DNA of 64,000 bases from Eledone cirrhosa. Lineage: Eukaryota. The stretch's first letter is position 1, and each line of letters starts with the position of its first letter. A program made the translations under genes and the position numbers. Below, in pieces: positions 43,469 through 56,922 of this stretch. Under the pieces are notes generated by a model. It saw only the letters and a list, made by a program, of their open reading frames with translations, did not search any database and was not told the origin of the DNA. Location: assembly GCA_964016885.1 (NCBI GenBank), contig OZ024740.1, positions 389,484,001 through 389,548,000 on the forward strand. Reading direction: 5' to 3'.

Positions 43469-44653
43469 TAACCGCTTTGAAATCCAGAGCAACTTCTAAC
43501 GATGTATTTCTTATTAAGGTTGGTGCTTAACTCCAGTTTCTATATCATTAAGCGTCCTCAGTAATAGGACAATGACATCTGTATCAAATTCCATATCAGA
43601 CACATATAGAGTAAAATTAAGGCAGTATATTTTTTTCCTACTATTTCTGCGGGAGATGCAGCTCACCGAGTTGGTACAATATTAATCAAAGGGTAGATAT
43701 CTCATATTGTGATGATTCCTATTCACATAAAACGAGACTCACCGTTTGATTCTACTGAGCAGTATTCAGCCGGCGCATTTACACTTGGTGAAGCTCTAAG
43801 TTATAGATTGTGATACTTTAAGCTAAAACATTTGAAAAATTCATCGTAAAAATCTTTTTTGGCAAGAAGATGGGTTCCCCTGGCCAATGGGGCCCTGTGC
43901 TTAAGCACACCTAAGCACAATGGTAAATCTGGTACATACTGGCACAAATATACACACTACAAGCATACATTCATACATATGTACATACATATGCAGATTA
44001 TACAGATATATATTCACACTCACACATACAGAATTTCCAAGTCAGGAAAGAGACTACATTTTCAACTGGAGAAGTAAAAAGTCATTAAATTCAGGTAGCC
44101 ATTTTCTTGCAAGGCTAAGTATATTTGAAATATATTTGTTAAGGACATAAAATAAGATCCACAAATAGATAATTAGATGTATGTATATGGTGTATGTATA
44201 TGTATGTATGTTTTTGTTGTTGTTTTTTTCCAGAGTTTCCCTCTCCTAGAAAGGTGTTGTGACAACAACTGGGGGCCTTTCACTCCCAGGTGAAAAAAAA
44301 AATTCTATTTGGATGGCCGTTGACTCTGCTGAGTTCCTGCGGCTTCGGAAGTATCCGATGATGTTGACCAGTTCTCCTTTTCGGGTAGTGTTTTCGATGC
44401 ACAGAGAGCGGGATTGGTCGAGTGCAAAGCCTTTCCCCACTTAAAAAACCTTCAAAGCACAGGCATTGCTTGTTCAGGATATGTTACAGGTTCGTGTGGC
44501 TGGTCGTAGCCTAAAAGTGCACCAAACTCCATAATCTAACAAGCGATTGCAATACTCTTAGCAGAGTTTGCAGACATCGTGTATGTATGTATGTATGTAT
44601 GTATGTATGTATGTATGTATGTATGTATGTATGTATGTATGTATGTATGTATG

Positions 44654-45200
44654 TTATGTCGGGTCACTCTTGAGTGCTACTGGTAACATGTAACCCAGTA
44701 CAACCTGTCGCATGGTCGGGTCGTCGGCGACTAAACCGGCAACCCCACCAAGTTTACTTGGTGAGAGGGGGGGGGGTGATTTTCGACACCATGCAGGACA
44801 AAAAAACAAAACCTGACAATGGGCGGAAGAACTCATAAGATTCAACGGCCATCCAAAAGTGTGTAAATATGTATATACACATGTCCCACGTGGTTAAACC
44901 ACTGGGAGTGAAGGATCCCTAGCTTTTGTCAGGGCATTCTTCTAGGAGAAGGCAACTCAGGAAACTGGGATAACTCCGATATAAAACCTGCGGCTCAGTA
45001 GTTACCGATGATGTTGATCTTTTCTTCTTTTGGGGTTATAGCTACTGTCGCTCAGAGAGTGGGATTGGCTCAGTGCACAGTCTTTCCTCACTTTAAAAAA
45101 TATCTTCACGCACAGGCATTGCACGACAGAATTAATTAATAATTATTAATAATGGTATATCGTGCAATGGCCATAATCGATAACGAGGGGCAGCCATCAT
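44654..45200. mobile_element. Unclassified interspersed repeat embedded in (GTAT)n
   Basis: Flanked on both sides by (GTAT)n. A rearranged relative lies at 44250-44470. Confidence 0.5.
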
Positions 45201-45747
45201 GTATGTATGTATGTATGTATGTATGTATGTATGTATGTATGTATGTATGTATGTATGTATGTATGTATGTATATATGTATGTTTCTTTTTCAATTGTTTG
45301 AGTTCTTCTAATAAAAAAGATCTCTAACGACTCTGAACTTCCCTCCTATTGTAATCATTTTTTCATCACCAACTTTATTAGTAATCATTTATTTAATTTT
45401 CTCCCTATTTGTTGCTCAGTCAGGCGTAGTTTTTCATCGTCTATTTTTAGTAAGACTAGTAGATAGTAGAAATAATTACAGAAAAATTATTGAGCAGTAT
45501 CTAATAAAAACAAAACATTAAAGGGAACAAAATGAGAAGAAAGAGAAAAAGGAAATGAAAAGAAAAATAAGAAAATAAGGAAACGAAGAGAAGAATAAGA
45601 AAGAAAGGATCAAGCAATGAAAGAAAGGGAGAGGGGGGAAGACACTACATACCAGTCAGAGCGATGCCTCAGGCGCGCCACACGGACAAAATGGCGAAGG
45701 TGCCACAGTGGAGATTGGCCACAGACACCGGCTGCAAAAAACATCTA

Positions 45748-45895
45748 ATAATTGTTTCTACTTTTGGCACAAGGCCAGCAATTACCCAGTACATTACTGG
45801 TACTTTATTTTATCGACCCCGTAAGGATGAAAGGCAAAGTTAACCTCGACGGGATTTGAACTCAGACCGTAAGGGGATGTAACTATGCTAGAAAG
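45748..45895 (-). mobile_element. tRNA-derived SINE (5'-truncated)
   Basis: Family sequence. Confidence 0.85.
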
Positions 45896-46139
45896 AATTT
45901 AAGTCGACGCGAAATTATTTCTCTTTCTCCCTCAATTTAACAGTTTCTTATGCCCACGAGCTGCGACATGTTCTACGCCCCCAACACAAACCCAAGCACT
46001 GTCACCTGTAATACGGAGAAGAAGATAGCTAAATATCGGAGACTGCCATGTCTTAACTTTGGAACCTTTACTGTCACTGCTGCGACTATTCGTGCCTGTT
46101 TGTACTACAAGAGCCAGAAGGAGGACTTATTTCCAAGCC

Positions 46140-47060
46140 AAGTTCTGTAGGCCTCCTTCTTGCTCGGATGGCATCGTTGACCTTTTGATTGAATCAAGGG
46201 GTCCTCAAACCATCCAGCGCCCCACCAAGCCTCTTTCGCTCGCAGCATTTAACACCTGAAGCAGAAACTGCTGAGTTAAACAATTTCCACTCCGTTTCAA
46301 CGTCCTCAGTTTCCTCAGGGAATTCTCTGAATTTCGATGCAATAGTATCTACATACCTGGTCCTGATTTCCTTATCTACCAACGCTTCCCACTTTATCCT
46401 GTAGGTCTCCTTGGACCTGCCAGTTTTGTAGGATTCTTTGGCTTTAATTACTAGATGATCAGTTGACAGCTCAGCCACTCTTAACACGAACATCCAACAC
46501 AGAATCAGAGACAATGATAAAATCAATTATTGATCTCTGCCCCTGATTTCTCTTATACCATGTATATTTATCGATGTCTCTGCCCTGGAAAACGGTGTTC
46601 ATAATAGAGAATCTATTGCTAGAACAGAAGTTTAATAAGGCCTCTCCATTCGTATTTAGAACGGGATCGCCATTCCTTCCAATTATTCCTTAGTATGTCA
46701 GGTGGTCAGTGCCAACATGTGCATTGAAGTCTCCCTCATAATGGCATCCAATCCATAACACATTCTGACAAAAGGGGGCTTGTGAATACCCCTACTCCCG
46801 CCTGTGCAATCATTTCTGGTGCTACATCTGAATAGTGATTTTCCATCTTCTATCCAAATCTACAGTACTAGAGACACGGAACCCAAACTATATTTAGCCG
46901 ATAGCATCTAGCCTCCTCTACCAGTCCCTGCTCCATACCTGTAAAGGTTGTGATTTTCCAGGTTCTAATTGTTAAGGTTTGCTCCCTTCCGAACCCTCTT
47001 TGGGGTCTTGGGATACGCAATCTTTGTGCGCCCATCCCACCCCTCAAAGGACAGGCTGCA
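46140..47060 (-). mobile_element. RTE-like LINE AP-endonuclease fragment
   Basis: GDFNAHVG, D..LNTNGEALLNFCSSNRFSIMNT, AELSTDHLVI. Confidence 0.75.
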
Positions 47061-47980
47061 TGAAATTGCTAGTTTTTACAACATGAAATGGAGACTGTAA
47101 TATATTTTTCGAACAAGATTCTCTACCTAAGGCCTGAACGCGTCCCTTGTTAACCCGCGCAAGGGACGATGCTGTATGATTCTTTTTCTTACCTCTCACC
47201 ATATTGCATTTTTTGTGGTCTTATTTGCGCCAGTCACCAATCTGGTACATTCTCAAACCTGCAAAGACTAGGCTTTTCTTAGAGGCAGGCCTTACTCGCC
47301 TCATCATAGCTATATCACTGAGTTATGAGGTTGTAAGTTCAATTCCTGGACCGGGCGATGCGTTGTGTCTCTGACCAAGACACTTTATTTCACGTTGCTC
47401 CAGTTCACTGAGCTGGAGAAATGAGTTTGGACGTCACTGGTGCCAAGCTGTATTGGCCTTTGCCTTTCCCTTGGACAACATTGGTGGTGTAGAGAGGGTA
47501 TGAATGGAGACTGGTGTGCATAGGTGACTGTTGGTCTTCCACAACAACAGCTTACTTGGGCTTGCGCCTCGGAAGTTAACAGTCTAAGTACAAATCCCAC
47601 GACCAAAGGAAGGCCAGTGCCTAAGATCCTTTATTTCTTTGGGGATGGGGGACCTTCCTTGACTGGCAGGAGGGTGGAAGGTATTTATTCTTAGTCCGCT
47701 AATTAGTTTTTGTTTCTGGATGACTTTACTAAAAAAAAGGTATGGCTTGTAACAAGTTCGTTTTTCAACCAAGTGGTTCTTGATTCAGTTCCGCTACGTG
47801 GTACCTAGGGCAAATGTCTTCTACTATAACCTTGTGAGTGGAATTTGAGATACGGAATGTGCAGGAGCCCTATATATACAGGGGCGGAGATATTTGTATC
47901 TGACAAGGTGGGATCGTCTCGTTTATTATTATTACCTTCAACAAGACAGAGAAAAGTTGTTTCATTATTTTCTTTTTAAG

Positions 47981-48170
47981 GGCGGTGGATTGGCAGTATC
48001 GGTAGAGGGTCGGACGCCATGCTTTCCCGCATAGTTACATTCCTTTACGGTCTGAGTTCAAATCCCGTCGAGGTTATCTTTGCCTTTCATCCTTACGGGG
48101 TCGATAAAATAAAGTACCAGTAATGTACTGGTATAATTGCTGGCCTTGTGCCAAAAGTAAAAACAATTAT
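47981..48170 (+). mobile_element. tRNA-derived SINE (main family)
   Basis: Full-length, with a ttttcttttt-type TSD. Confidence 0.9.
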
Positions 48171-48533
48171 TTTCTTTTTTACTGTGACCTCTTTCCTGTT
48201 TAGCTAGAGGTCTTTTAGTTGTATTCTGTATTGGTAGCGAAGATTATATCCACAAAGAAGATATAGATGTAAGGCTTCGTGTTTATGTTTCATGGTTGCG
48301 GAAAAGATCAGAAGGCATATTTCCAAACATAATAAAGATTTATTTTCTTCTTCATGTTAATACAAGTACAGGGCGAGTGAAGAGCTGCAAACATATCACA
48401 TAATCAAGTTGAACGATAAATGTAATTCTCCGCAGATATATATACCGAGATTACCCTCGGCTTTAGAGGGAAAGATGAAGAAAATCAGGAAACGAGTTAC
48501 GCGCATTAATGCTCCGTAGAAAATCCCGAACGT

Positions 48534-48785
48534 AACTGCTAAAAGATGGTGAATCGACCGGGGGAAGCCATTTGTGAGCTGCTAGTGTCGACAAAATGCA
48601 AGGCGCAACTGCTAGGTAGTTTTTAAAGATGGAACCTCAACCGGGAAAGCCATTTGTAAGCTGCTGGTGTCGACGAGTCCAAAACGCAACTGCTAGCTAG
48701 TTTCGAAAGATGGCACCTCGACCGGGAAAGCCATTTGTGAGTTGCTGGTATCGACTACGAGCAAAGAGCAACTGCTAGCTAGAAC
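48534..48785. repeat. ~82-bp tandem repeat, 3 copies
   Basis: aagatgg..accggg..aagccatttgt..gtcgac..gcaactgctag at 48543, 48626 and 48707. Confidence 0.85.
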
Positions 48786-49744
48786 TGAAAAAAGGCGCGA
48801 AGCAACTGCTGGGCGGAAGTCGTCTTTTGTATTCATACACCACCAACCCTAAGGGCTGGCGAGTGACAAAGTACGACCAAATTACTCCGCAGCAATAAAA
48901 TAGTGCCATTGCTTGTTACACCTGCTATCGAAAAAACAACAACAAAAACATTACTTCCAGCAAAGAAACCTCATCAGTTTTCTTTATTTCACCATCGAAA
49001 CTGCAAATTGTGCGTTTTTTGTATCTCTGTACTCCACTTACACTTTTTCTCTCGAAACAATGGGCTGAACGATTATATTAATGATTTCTACTTTAGGTGA
49101 TTATTAGAAGAAAACTACAGCACATTTTTCTCTTTTTAAACGTTTTTTTTTCTATTTTTTTTATTAAAAAAATGTATAAATTATGTTTATATAATGATTA
49201 TAAATGATTGTTTCAATAGAATAAACTTCCACAAAGACAAATATATGTAACATTCTGTTATATCTTAAGGATGACATAATTATTTACGTTTGGACGCGTA
49301 ACCCCTGAGTCGTTGGAGCGCCGTAGTGACATACGGCGTGTCTTGAGCTGAACATGGCTGATTTCTTCGTAAAAATGAGAGACAGGAGAGGAAGTGAGAA
49401 AGAGGAAGAATCCACCCAGTATTAAACTGGTATTATTTTATCGCTCTAGAAATGATGAAAGGCAAAGTTGACCTCGGAGGCATTTGAACTCAAAGTACAG
49501 TGAGCCGGACTAAATACTGCAAAGCATTCTACTCGACGTTCTAACGACTCTGCTAATTCGCCGCCTAATTATTCATTAACTGACATTATAAGCCAGGGGA
49601 AATTTCGACTCCAGTACTTTACTGGTACATTTTAGAGTGGACTTTTTAAAACCTAACTTTTTAAAATTATTTCTTTAAGACATGATCTTCGAATTTCTAT
49701 GTTTTGAATATCAAAGATTCAGAATCTACAATAATAACAATGAT

Positions 49745-50880
49745 TTTTTTTATTAACCACAAAGAGTTTACATCAAGAAAAACATTAAGACAGTACAGGA
49801 CGAAAACATAAAACATAGTGTTTGTATGTGTGTACGGTTGGCTGTGTGTGTATAGTGTGAGGGTGATGAAAGGGTTAAGTAATCATATTGGTGGCCTCCC
49901 CACAGCCCCGCCGGACAGAATGGAGAAGGCGTTTCCTCGGAGGATGGTAAGGGAGATGCGCTAGAAGAGCCATTCCAACTTGCGAGGCTCACACCTGCGG
50001 CTGGCCAGTTCCGTGCCTATGGTAGTGAGTAGGGGGTAGCCCTAGGGCGGAGGGCACCACAAGTCTCCCTTGCCAAGAGTACGACCGCAAACCTATCGGA
50101 GAGCGACCGGTATTTGGAGAGATTGGCTTCCTCAGCCCGACGTGCAGCAGAACCTGGGTTAGTCGCAGACTGCACCAGGTTGCGGCTGGAGAAGGTGTCG
50201 CTGCAAGTGGCATCCCAGACGAGGAGTTTTCCACCGCGGAACGAGAAGATAGTCATGACGTCTGGCCTTTTGCCGTTCCCTCGGTCCAGCCCCACAGGCT
50301 CGAGCTGGGAAGGGAAGCCTGCAGCGTCCAAGCCATGCTTTATGACCTCGTTGAGGGTAGCATAGCGTGGAAGGTGGCCGGCACTGTGGAGACAGGAAAG
50401 CGGGTGGAGGCCGAAAGAGTCCACGGTGGATCCACAACGACATTGGTGTGGCTCGCAGATCCGGAGGCCAAGCCTCAAGGAAACGCCGATGCGCAGGCTA
50501 TTGTTATCCAGCTGCATGCCAGTGGAGAAGGAGGGCAAGGCATGGAATCCTGCATTAATGTGGGGTTTGGAGGCCGCACGAAAACTGGTCGAGCTGGCGC
50601 GTGAGCCTGTCTGAGGCCAGGCTGCACTGGATAGCATCCCAAATGCTTTGGGGGAGACTTGACGTTAGCAGAAGGAGGAGGGATGTCTGCTGGGCTAAGT
50701 CCAAGCCGGTCCCACGTCTCAGGCGTTTCCTGATCACAGAGGGTTCCGTACGACAGTGGGTTTTGCGTGTAAACAAAAATGAAAACAAAGAAGGTTCCTC
50801 AATAGGGAGGAGACGTTCGAGGTTCATTCGTGGAAACCCATAAAACTCCGGATGCTCAGATCTTTAGGGTAAGTGCCCTG
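49745..50880 (-). mobile_element. CRE-type non-LTR retrotransposon 3' fragment (Zn-knuckle + restriction-like endonuclease)
   Basis: CRCG..HPLSC..R(Y)ATLNEVI..LEP..KRPD..LVWDATC; A-rich tail at ~49745. Confidence 0.8.
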
Positions 50881-50911
50881 TCCCAGTTGTACTCCTCCAA
50901 TCTACAGGCTT

Positions 50912-51125
50912 ATACTCAGAGCGGGCCCATTCACTCGGGCCAGGCAAGCTTCTCTCACTCACCTTTCAACAAATCGCTTTGAAGGCAGCACTTCTCTCTC
51001 TTTACCCTTTTTTCCCTCCTCAAGTGGAATCTGAAGAAGTTAATCAGGGCTTCTCTAAAGAGGAAAGTGTTGGTCTTCAAACCTTTCAAGCGTGTCCACC
51101 ATACAACCTCTTTCGCCGGGGCCAC
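50912..51125 (-). mobile_element. L1/Tx1 3' fragment
   Basis: AKEVVWWTRLKGLK; same family as 28264-28445. Confidence 0.75.
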
Positions 51126-51136
51126 AATAATAGTTT

Positions 51137-51320
51137 TTTTGTTTCTACGTTTGGCACAAGGCCAGCAATTATCCCAATGCATTACTGGTACTTTATTTTA
51201 TCGACCTCGTAAGGATGAAAGGCAAAGTTAACCTCGGTGGGATTTGAACTCAGACCGTAAAGGGATGTAACTATGCTTGAAAGCATGGCGTCTGACCCCC
51301 TACCGATACTGCCAATCCAC
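51137..51320 (-). mobile_element. tRNA-derived SINE (main family)
   Basis: Family sequence; ACAATAATA flanks both sides. Confidence 0.88.
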
Positions 51321-52382
51321 AATAATAACAAATAAATAAATAGAAATAAAATAAAATGTTAAATTTCAAAAGAAATATAAACAAGATTTGAAAAAAGAAA
51401 ATCAGAAGCAACTGCATATATTTTGTTCGCATTTGAAGTGTATAAATATATTTTGTTTACATTTGAAAGTATTAGTTGTTCAGATTTTTGGAAAATTTAG
51501 ATGTAGTTCCAGTTTCAATTTATTTAAGGGATTTTATTTGATACTAAAGTATTATAGTAAAAAAAACTTACAGGAATATTAAGACCATATGCAACTTATA
51601 TAATGTTTATTACAACTTACATAATGTTTATGATTTACAAAGGAAATGTAAGAAGCGTCTCTACTCGTGTCCTGACTGAATCTCCCTGCCTGATGCTCAC
51701 CTGTTTCTGGCGACAACCAGAGTACCACCTCCATTGGTGAAATGTGTTCCCTCTCCACCATGGCTTTGATCATGCGATGGTGTCTCTCTACGATCCCATT
51801 TCCACTCGGCCTATACGTCGCACTGAAGTAGCGGATCCCATTTCACCCATCGAGCATCAACCTGAACCCCAGCCTGGTCAGGTAGTAAGACCGGTCCTTA
51901 TACCTAACCAACTGATACTACTACAGGCGATGCGATGTTGGTCCAAGCAAGACTCGATCAACCTGAAGGTAGTTTTCAAATTTAGACACAAGGCGAGTGG
52001 ATGGGAAAATCGATTATATCAACTCCAATACTTGACTGGTACTTTATCGACTTAGGAAGGATGAAATTCAAGGTTATTTAAGTTATAACCAAATACCACG
52101 CAGTATTTTGTCCGGCGCTCTGACTATTCTGTTAACCTCCCATAAAAAACAATAAGCTGGAGAGTGTTTATAAAACTTCGCGTTACATTGAATGAGTAAC
52201 ATTTTGTGCCCTTTACCCAGTGGGTCTGCTGCCTACTTGTTGAACTTTGTCTTACAGCAAGGAATTCTAACGTAGTGTTAGTACTAGAACACAGAAAACT
52301 TTTTTTTCTTCTAAAAATAACTAAAACAAACTTCTTTAAGGTTAAAATTAATTTCGGGAAAGCATCAAGTTTTCATGTTGAG

Positions 52383-52572
52383 GGCGGTGGATTGGCAGTA
52401 TCGGTAGAGGGTCGGACGCCATGCTTTGCAGCAAAGAGTTACGGCCCTTTATGGTCTGAGTTCAAATCCCGCCGAGGTTAGCTTTGCCTTTCATCCTTAC
52501 AGGGTCGATAAAATAAAGTACTAGTAATACACTGGGTAATTGCTGGCCTTGTGCCAAAAGTAGAAACAATTA
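52383..52572 (+). mobile_element. tRNA-derived SINE (main family)
   Basis: Full-length, TSD TTTCATGTTG. Confidence 0.9.
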
Positions 52573-54329
52573 TTTCATGTTGTGAAAACTTATTTATATT
52601 TTTTTTTTATTGAAACCTAAGTATTTATGTAAACCGCGCAAGCGCGTCTGTTTGTGTTTCTGTGTTTCTATGTGTACCTCTGTATGCATGTGTGTGTGTA
52701 TGAATGTATGTGTGTATGTATGTATGTGTGTATGTATGAATGTATGTGTGTATATGTATGTGTGTGCGTGTGTGTGTGTGTGTATGAGTATGTAATATTG
52801 ACACAATAGGTAAAATTAGCTAGACCTAAGGTCAATTGTCATGTTCGCCAATTTTCAAAGAGAGGTTTCAAACCAAAGTCCATTCTGTAATTTTAATACC
52901 TTTTGTTGGCTTTGTGTTGGCATTAATTCCACCCGAAACATTTCTCTTTAGCATGAAAACTCAAAGAAGAAGCGAGATTGATTGGCTGAACTGATTGGAA
53001 AATTACCTACCAATGTCATGTGTTGAAGTTTTAATTGGTTAACCAATAAATTTCCAGAACTCGAGAATGGAATTCTTTACCTCCAGAATATTTTCTATTG
53101 TTTGAATGTAACATAAACAATTAAAAATCATTAATTTCAATGGAATTTTTCCAAAAAAATCTATCTTCTCAAACTTCATATATAAAGGTAAATAAGAAAT
53201 GGCCTTCACTTTTTTTATTCTACTACCATAACAAAACTAATGTTACAAAAAATGACTCCTGCATTTAACTACGATGTTTTACCGGGAAGGTAGGTGAAAT
53301 CATATCTAATTAAAGAAATATGTAGAAAAATTGATTAAAACTCAAGGATGGAATCGAAAATTCTATTATTATTACATTTATTATTATTATTTCCATTCTT
53401 TGTTTATTTTTTTTATCGGTATTTCATTTTTTTATGTTTTTTTAATTTTTTGTTTTACTAATAGCCTTTTTTCGTGTGCTTCTCAGATATCAAAACATCA
53501 ATATATATCTAATGACAAAATACATGTTTATGTGAATACATTGTGTACGAACATCGGTATGATTGTGTCTTTTACAATCAGTCTTGAGTTTCTATGGTTG
53601 CATGCGTGTGTATGTCAACTTTAATATTGTTCTTACACAATATATAATGTAGTTCGTCTAAATCAGTGGATCTTAACATTTTTTTTTTGTTTTTGCTCCT
53701 TGCCACCTCAAAAATATTGACAACGTCTTTCTCAATATAAAAAAAAAAACATTTTTAAAAAAGATATAATCTAAAATTTAGAAAATGTGCAGCCCCCCTC
53801 TTCATACACACATAAAGAAAATCAATGATCTAAATTAGCCTAAGAGTGAGCCTCCATTTGTTCGCTAGAAAGGGTAGCGAAATATCTCCCTCAAATCACA
53901 ATATATAGCGCAATAAAATGGAGATATATTGGATAATGTAATCCTTATTCAATTATTTTTGAAAATCAAATCTATTGGTATTTCTTTTTTGAGAAAAACT
54001 CTATGCAAATTCTCCTAAGCATTGGTTCACTTTTTGGGGTTGTTTTTGCTCCTTGCCACCTCAAAAATATTGACACAGGTTTTCTCACTATAAAAACATT
54101 GGTTAAAATATATAATGTAAAATTTAGAATATGTGCACCCTGCCTCTCAATATGAAGAAAATCAAATCTATTTATCTATCGATCTTCATATATATATATA
54201 TAGATAAATACACATATACATACAGAGATATTCTGTTTCACAACATCGAAATACAATGTCTTTATTTTCTTCTGTGAATATATCAGTCTGATATTCTCAA
54301 AGCATACTGGCAACACTGATATATTCACC

Positions 54330-55122
54330 CTTGCATAGGTTGGACAGGCGCTTTACAGCACATCATCTCTTCACTTGCTGCATTATTTCCTCTGTGTGTT
54401 TCAGTGATTTGAGATCAGCTCTCACCACCTCCACCCAAGTCTTCATTGGTTTTCCTCTACTGTAGCTTCCTTCCATTGGAATTTCTTGGCACTGCTTCCC
54501 CCTGCGATCACCATCCATGCACATCACATATCCATACCAACACAGTCTTCTCTATTGCACACCACTGCTGATTCCTCTTATACCCAGATTTTCTCTCAGT
54601 TCATCCAGGATCCGTCGTTCTCTTATATTAAGAATACACTTCCATTGAAGCATGCTTGCTTCATTTCTCCCCATCCTGCATATATCCTCTCCAGCCACTG
54701 GCCATGTTTCAGAACCATGCAGCATAGCACTCCGTACACAGGCAACATAAAGCCGAACTTTCATTCGGAGGGAGAAAACTTTTGTTGTCAATAGAGGTAG
54801 TAGTTCCCTAAACTTCTTCCGTCATATTCTATTCTAGCTATCATGCTCTCAGAGAACCCTTCTCCATTGCTAATTAAATCACCTAGGTAGTAGAAACTAT
54901 AAACCACTTCTAACGATCCTTCATGGAAAAGATTTATATCCTTGGCACTATTACTATTAATTAACCCTAAATATCTACATACAAAGTCTTTCCATCCTTT
55001 TATCCTACACATTATCCCACTACATCTCTTGTGTACCCAAGATTTATATTGTGTACTATCATATAAAGTATATGCCTACTCTTTTTCTACATATTGAGCA
55101 ACACCATTTCCTTGATGGAAAA
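54330..55122 (-). mobile_element. RTE LINE 3' fragment
   Basis: LYVACVRSAMLHGSETW..RNEASML; paralogous to 57495-58340. Confidence 0.85.
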
Positions 55123-55210
55123 TGTTTAGAAAATATTTTGTTAGAAACTCATACAAATGTTAAATAATATTGTATTAATGCAGTGAAAATATTTATTGTT
55201 TTTTAAATTA

Positions 55211-55344
55211 TATTTACTGAAGAGATACGGCTTTCAGTAGAGCACCTATAATGGAGTTATTTAACTGATAATATCGGGGGGGGGGTCTCTCTACAATTGA
55301 TGAAATACTATAGTCGCGTTGAAACAACCGTAGATGTATAAATA
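55211..55344 (+). ncRNA. Hammerhead ribozyme with long stem II
   Basis: tattta CTGAAGA gatacggct..agtcgcgtt GAAA ca-accgtaga-tg TA taaata. Confidence 0.75.
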
Positions 55345-55490
55345 AATAAATAATAATAATAATCCTTGGTTTTATTGAATTTTGAATTATAAATACTCTG
55401 CTACTATAACTACTGAAGAATGAAGGGTAAAAATGTGCATTGAGCTTAACTCATCTTACCAATGAAGATAGTGAACTAATACACTATAAC

Positions 55491-55552
<62 letters not shown>

Positions 55553-55580
55553 CACATATATTGCACATATATATATATAT

Positions 55581-55819
55581 GTAGATAAATCTACCAAAAG
55601 TTTACGGTAGTGTCCAATCCGTATGAAGAACTCAATGTAATCCGGATATCATGAAAAGAGAAGATGCATTCAAAAACTACTTTCGGTGAAAAATAAACGG
55701 AAAACCGAGTCAAGATAAATTAATAAAATAATGAATAAACAAAGAAACAGTTCCTTATATTAAACATTTTTTTTTTTTAATATAAGGAACTGTTTCTTTG
55801 TTTATTCATTATTTTATTA

Positions 55820-55823
<4 letters not shown>
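55581..55823. mobile_element. Miniature Penelope pLTR end with short inverted repeat
   Basis: 55581-55766 is the reverse complement of 25897-26086. 55776-55823 is an inverted copy of 55717-55764. Flanked by (TA)n. Confidence 0.8.
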
Positions 55824-55916
<93 letters not shown>

Positions 55917-56048
55917 CATATATATATATTTTTAAAATGGCAAAATGAACAGATCTGTTTTTTCTCGAAGACTTTTTTCGTGTTTTCGTTTCTACTCCTG
56001 CTCCCTCTCCTGTATTATCTTTCTATTTCTTCTTTAATTTCTTATTCT

Positions 56049-56086
56049 GTTTTCTGATGAAGGACTAGCATCTGAAATGTTAAGAT
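56049..56086 (+). ncRNA. Degenerate minimal hammerhead
   Basis: CTGATGA agga..tct GAAA tgt TA; stems I and III weak. Confidence 0.35.
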
Positions 56087-56267
56087 TTTTTCTACTATAT
56101 TAAGCATGAAACTAACATATTTTTTACTGTACTTTATCGTCTGTTGTGATTTTTCCGTTTACTTTTCACACACACACACATATATGTGAACATATAAATA
56201 TGTGTTTGTGTGTCTATTTGTTTTACAAGACTCTTGATGTGAAATCATGAGTTGAAACACATTATTA

Positions 56268-56445
56268 TGGCAGTATCGGTAGAGAGTTGGACGCCATGCT
56301 TTGACGCATAGAGTTACGGCCCTTGCCATTCTGAGTTCCAATACCGCCGAGGTTAACTTCCTTTCATCCTTACGGGGTCGATAAAATAAAGTACCAGTAA
56401 TGTACTGGGTAATTGCTGGCCTTGTACCAAAAGTAAAAACAATTA
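56268..56445 (+). mobile_element. tRNA-derived SINE (main family)
   Basis: Family sequence. Confidence 0.88.
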
Positions 56446-56731
56446 TTATATTTTGAGAGGGTCATGCTGCCTATAAAAACATACGCAACAGTTTCACTTT
56501 AGGTTTGTTATTAGTCAAGTAGCCATTCCGAGGTTAGTTTGGTAACCTCATATTTATTTAATTCCCATATTTAACAGTTAAAGCTCTTTCATCACACCTT
56601 CTGTGACCCTTACAAAGCCTATTTTTGCGCCACTGTGTCTTCTCTTCTTTTTTTAAATTTTATTTACTCCCTCTGGACAATTAAATAATCACCCAGTTAC
56701 AAACTAACTGAAGAAAGGCATAATTACATAA

Positions 56732-56922
56732 TAATTGTCTCTATTTTTGGCACAAGGCCAGCAATTATCCCAGTGCATTACTGGTGCTTTATTTTATCAA
56801 CCCCGAAAGGATGAAAGGCAAAGTTAACCTTGGCAGGATTCGAACTCAGACTGTAAAGGGCCGTAACTCTGTGCTGCAAAGCATAGCGTCTGGCCCTCTA
56901 CCGGTACTGCCAATCCACTGCC
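56732..56922 (-). mobile_element. tRNA-derived SINE (main family)
   Basis: Family sequence. Confidence 0.88.

Noticed and set aside
53680-54170. ~150-bp local direct duplication
   Set aside because: Looks like an ordinary decayed DNA-transposon end duplication.
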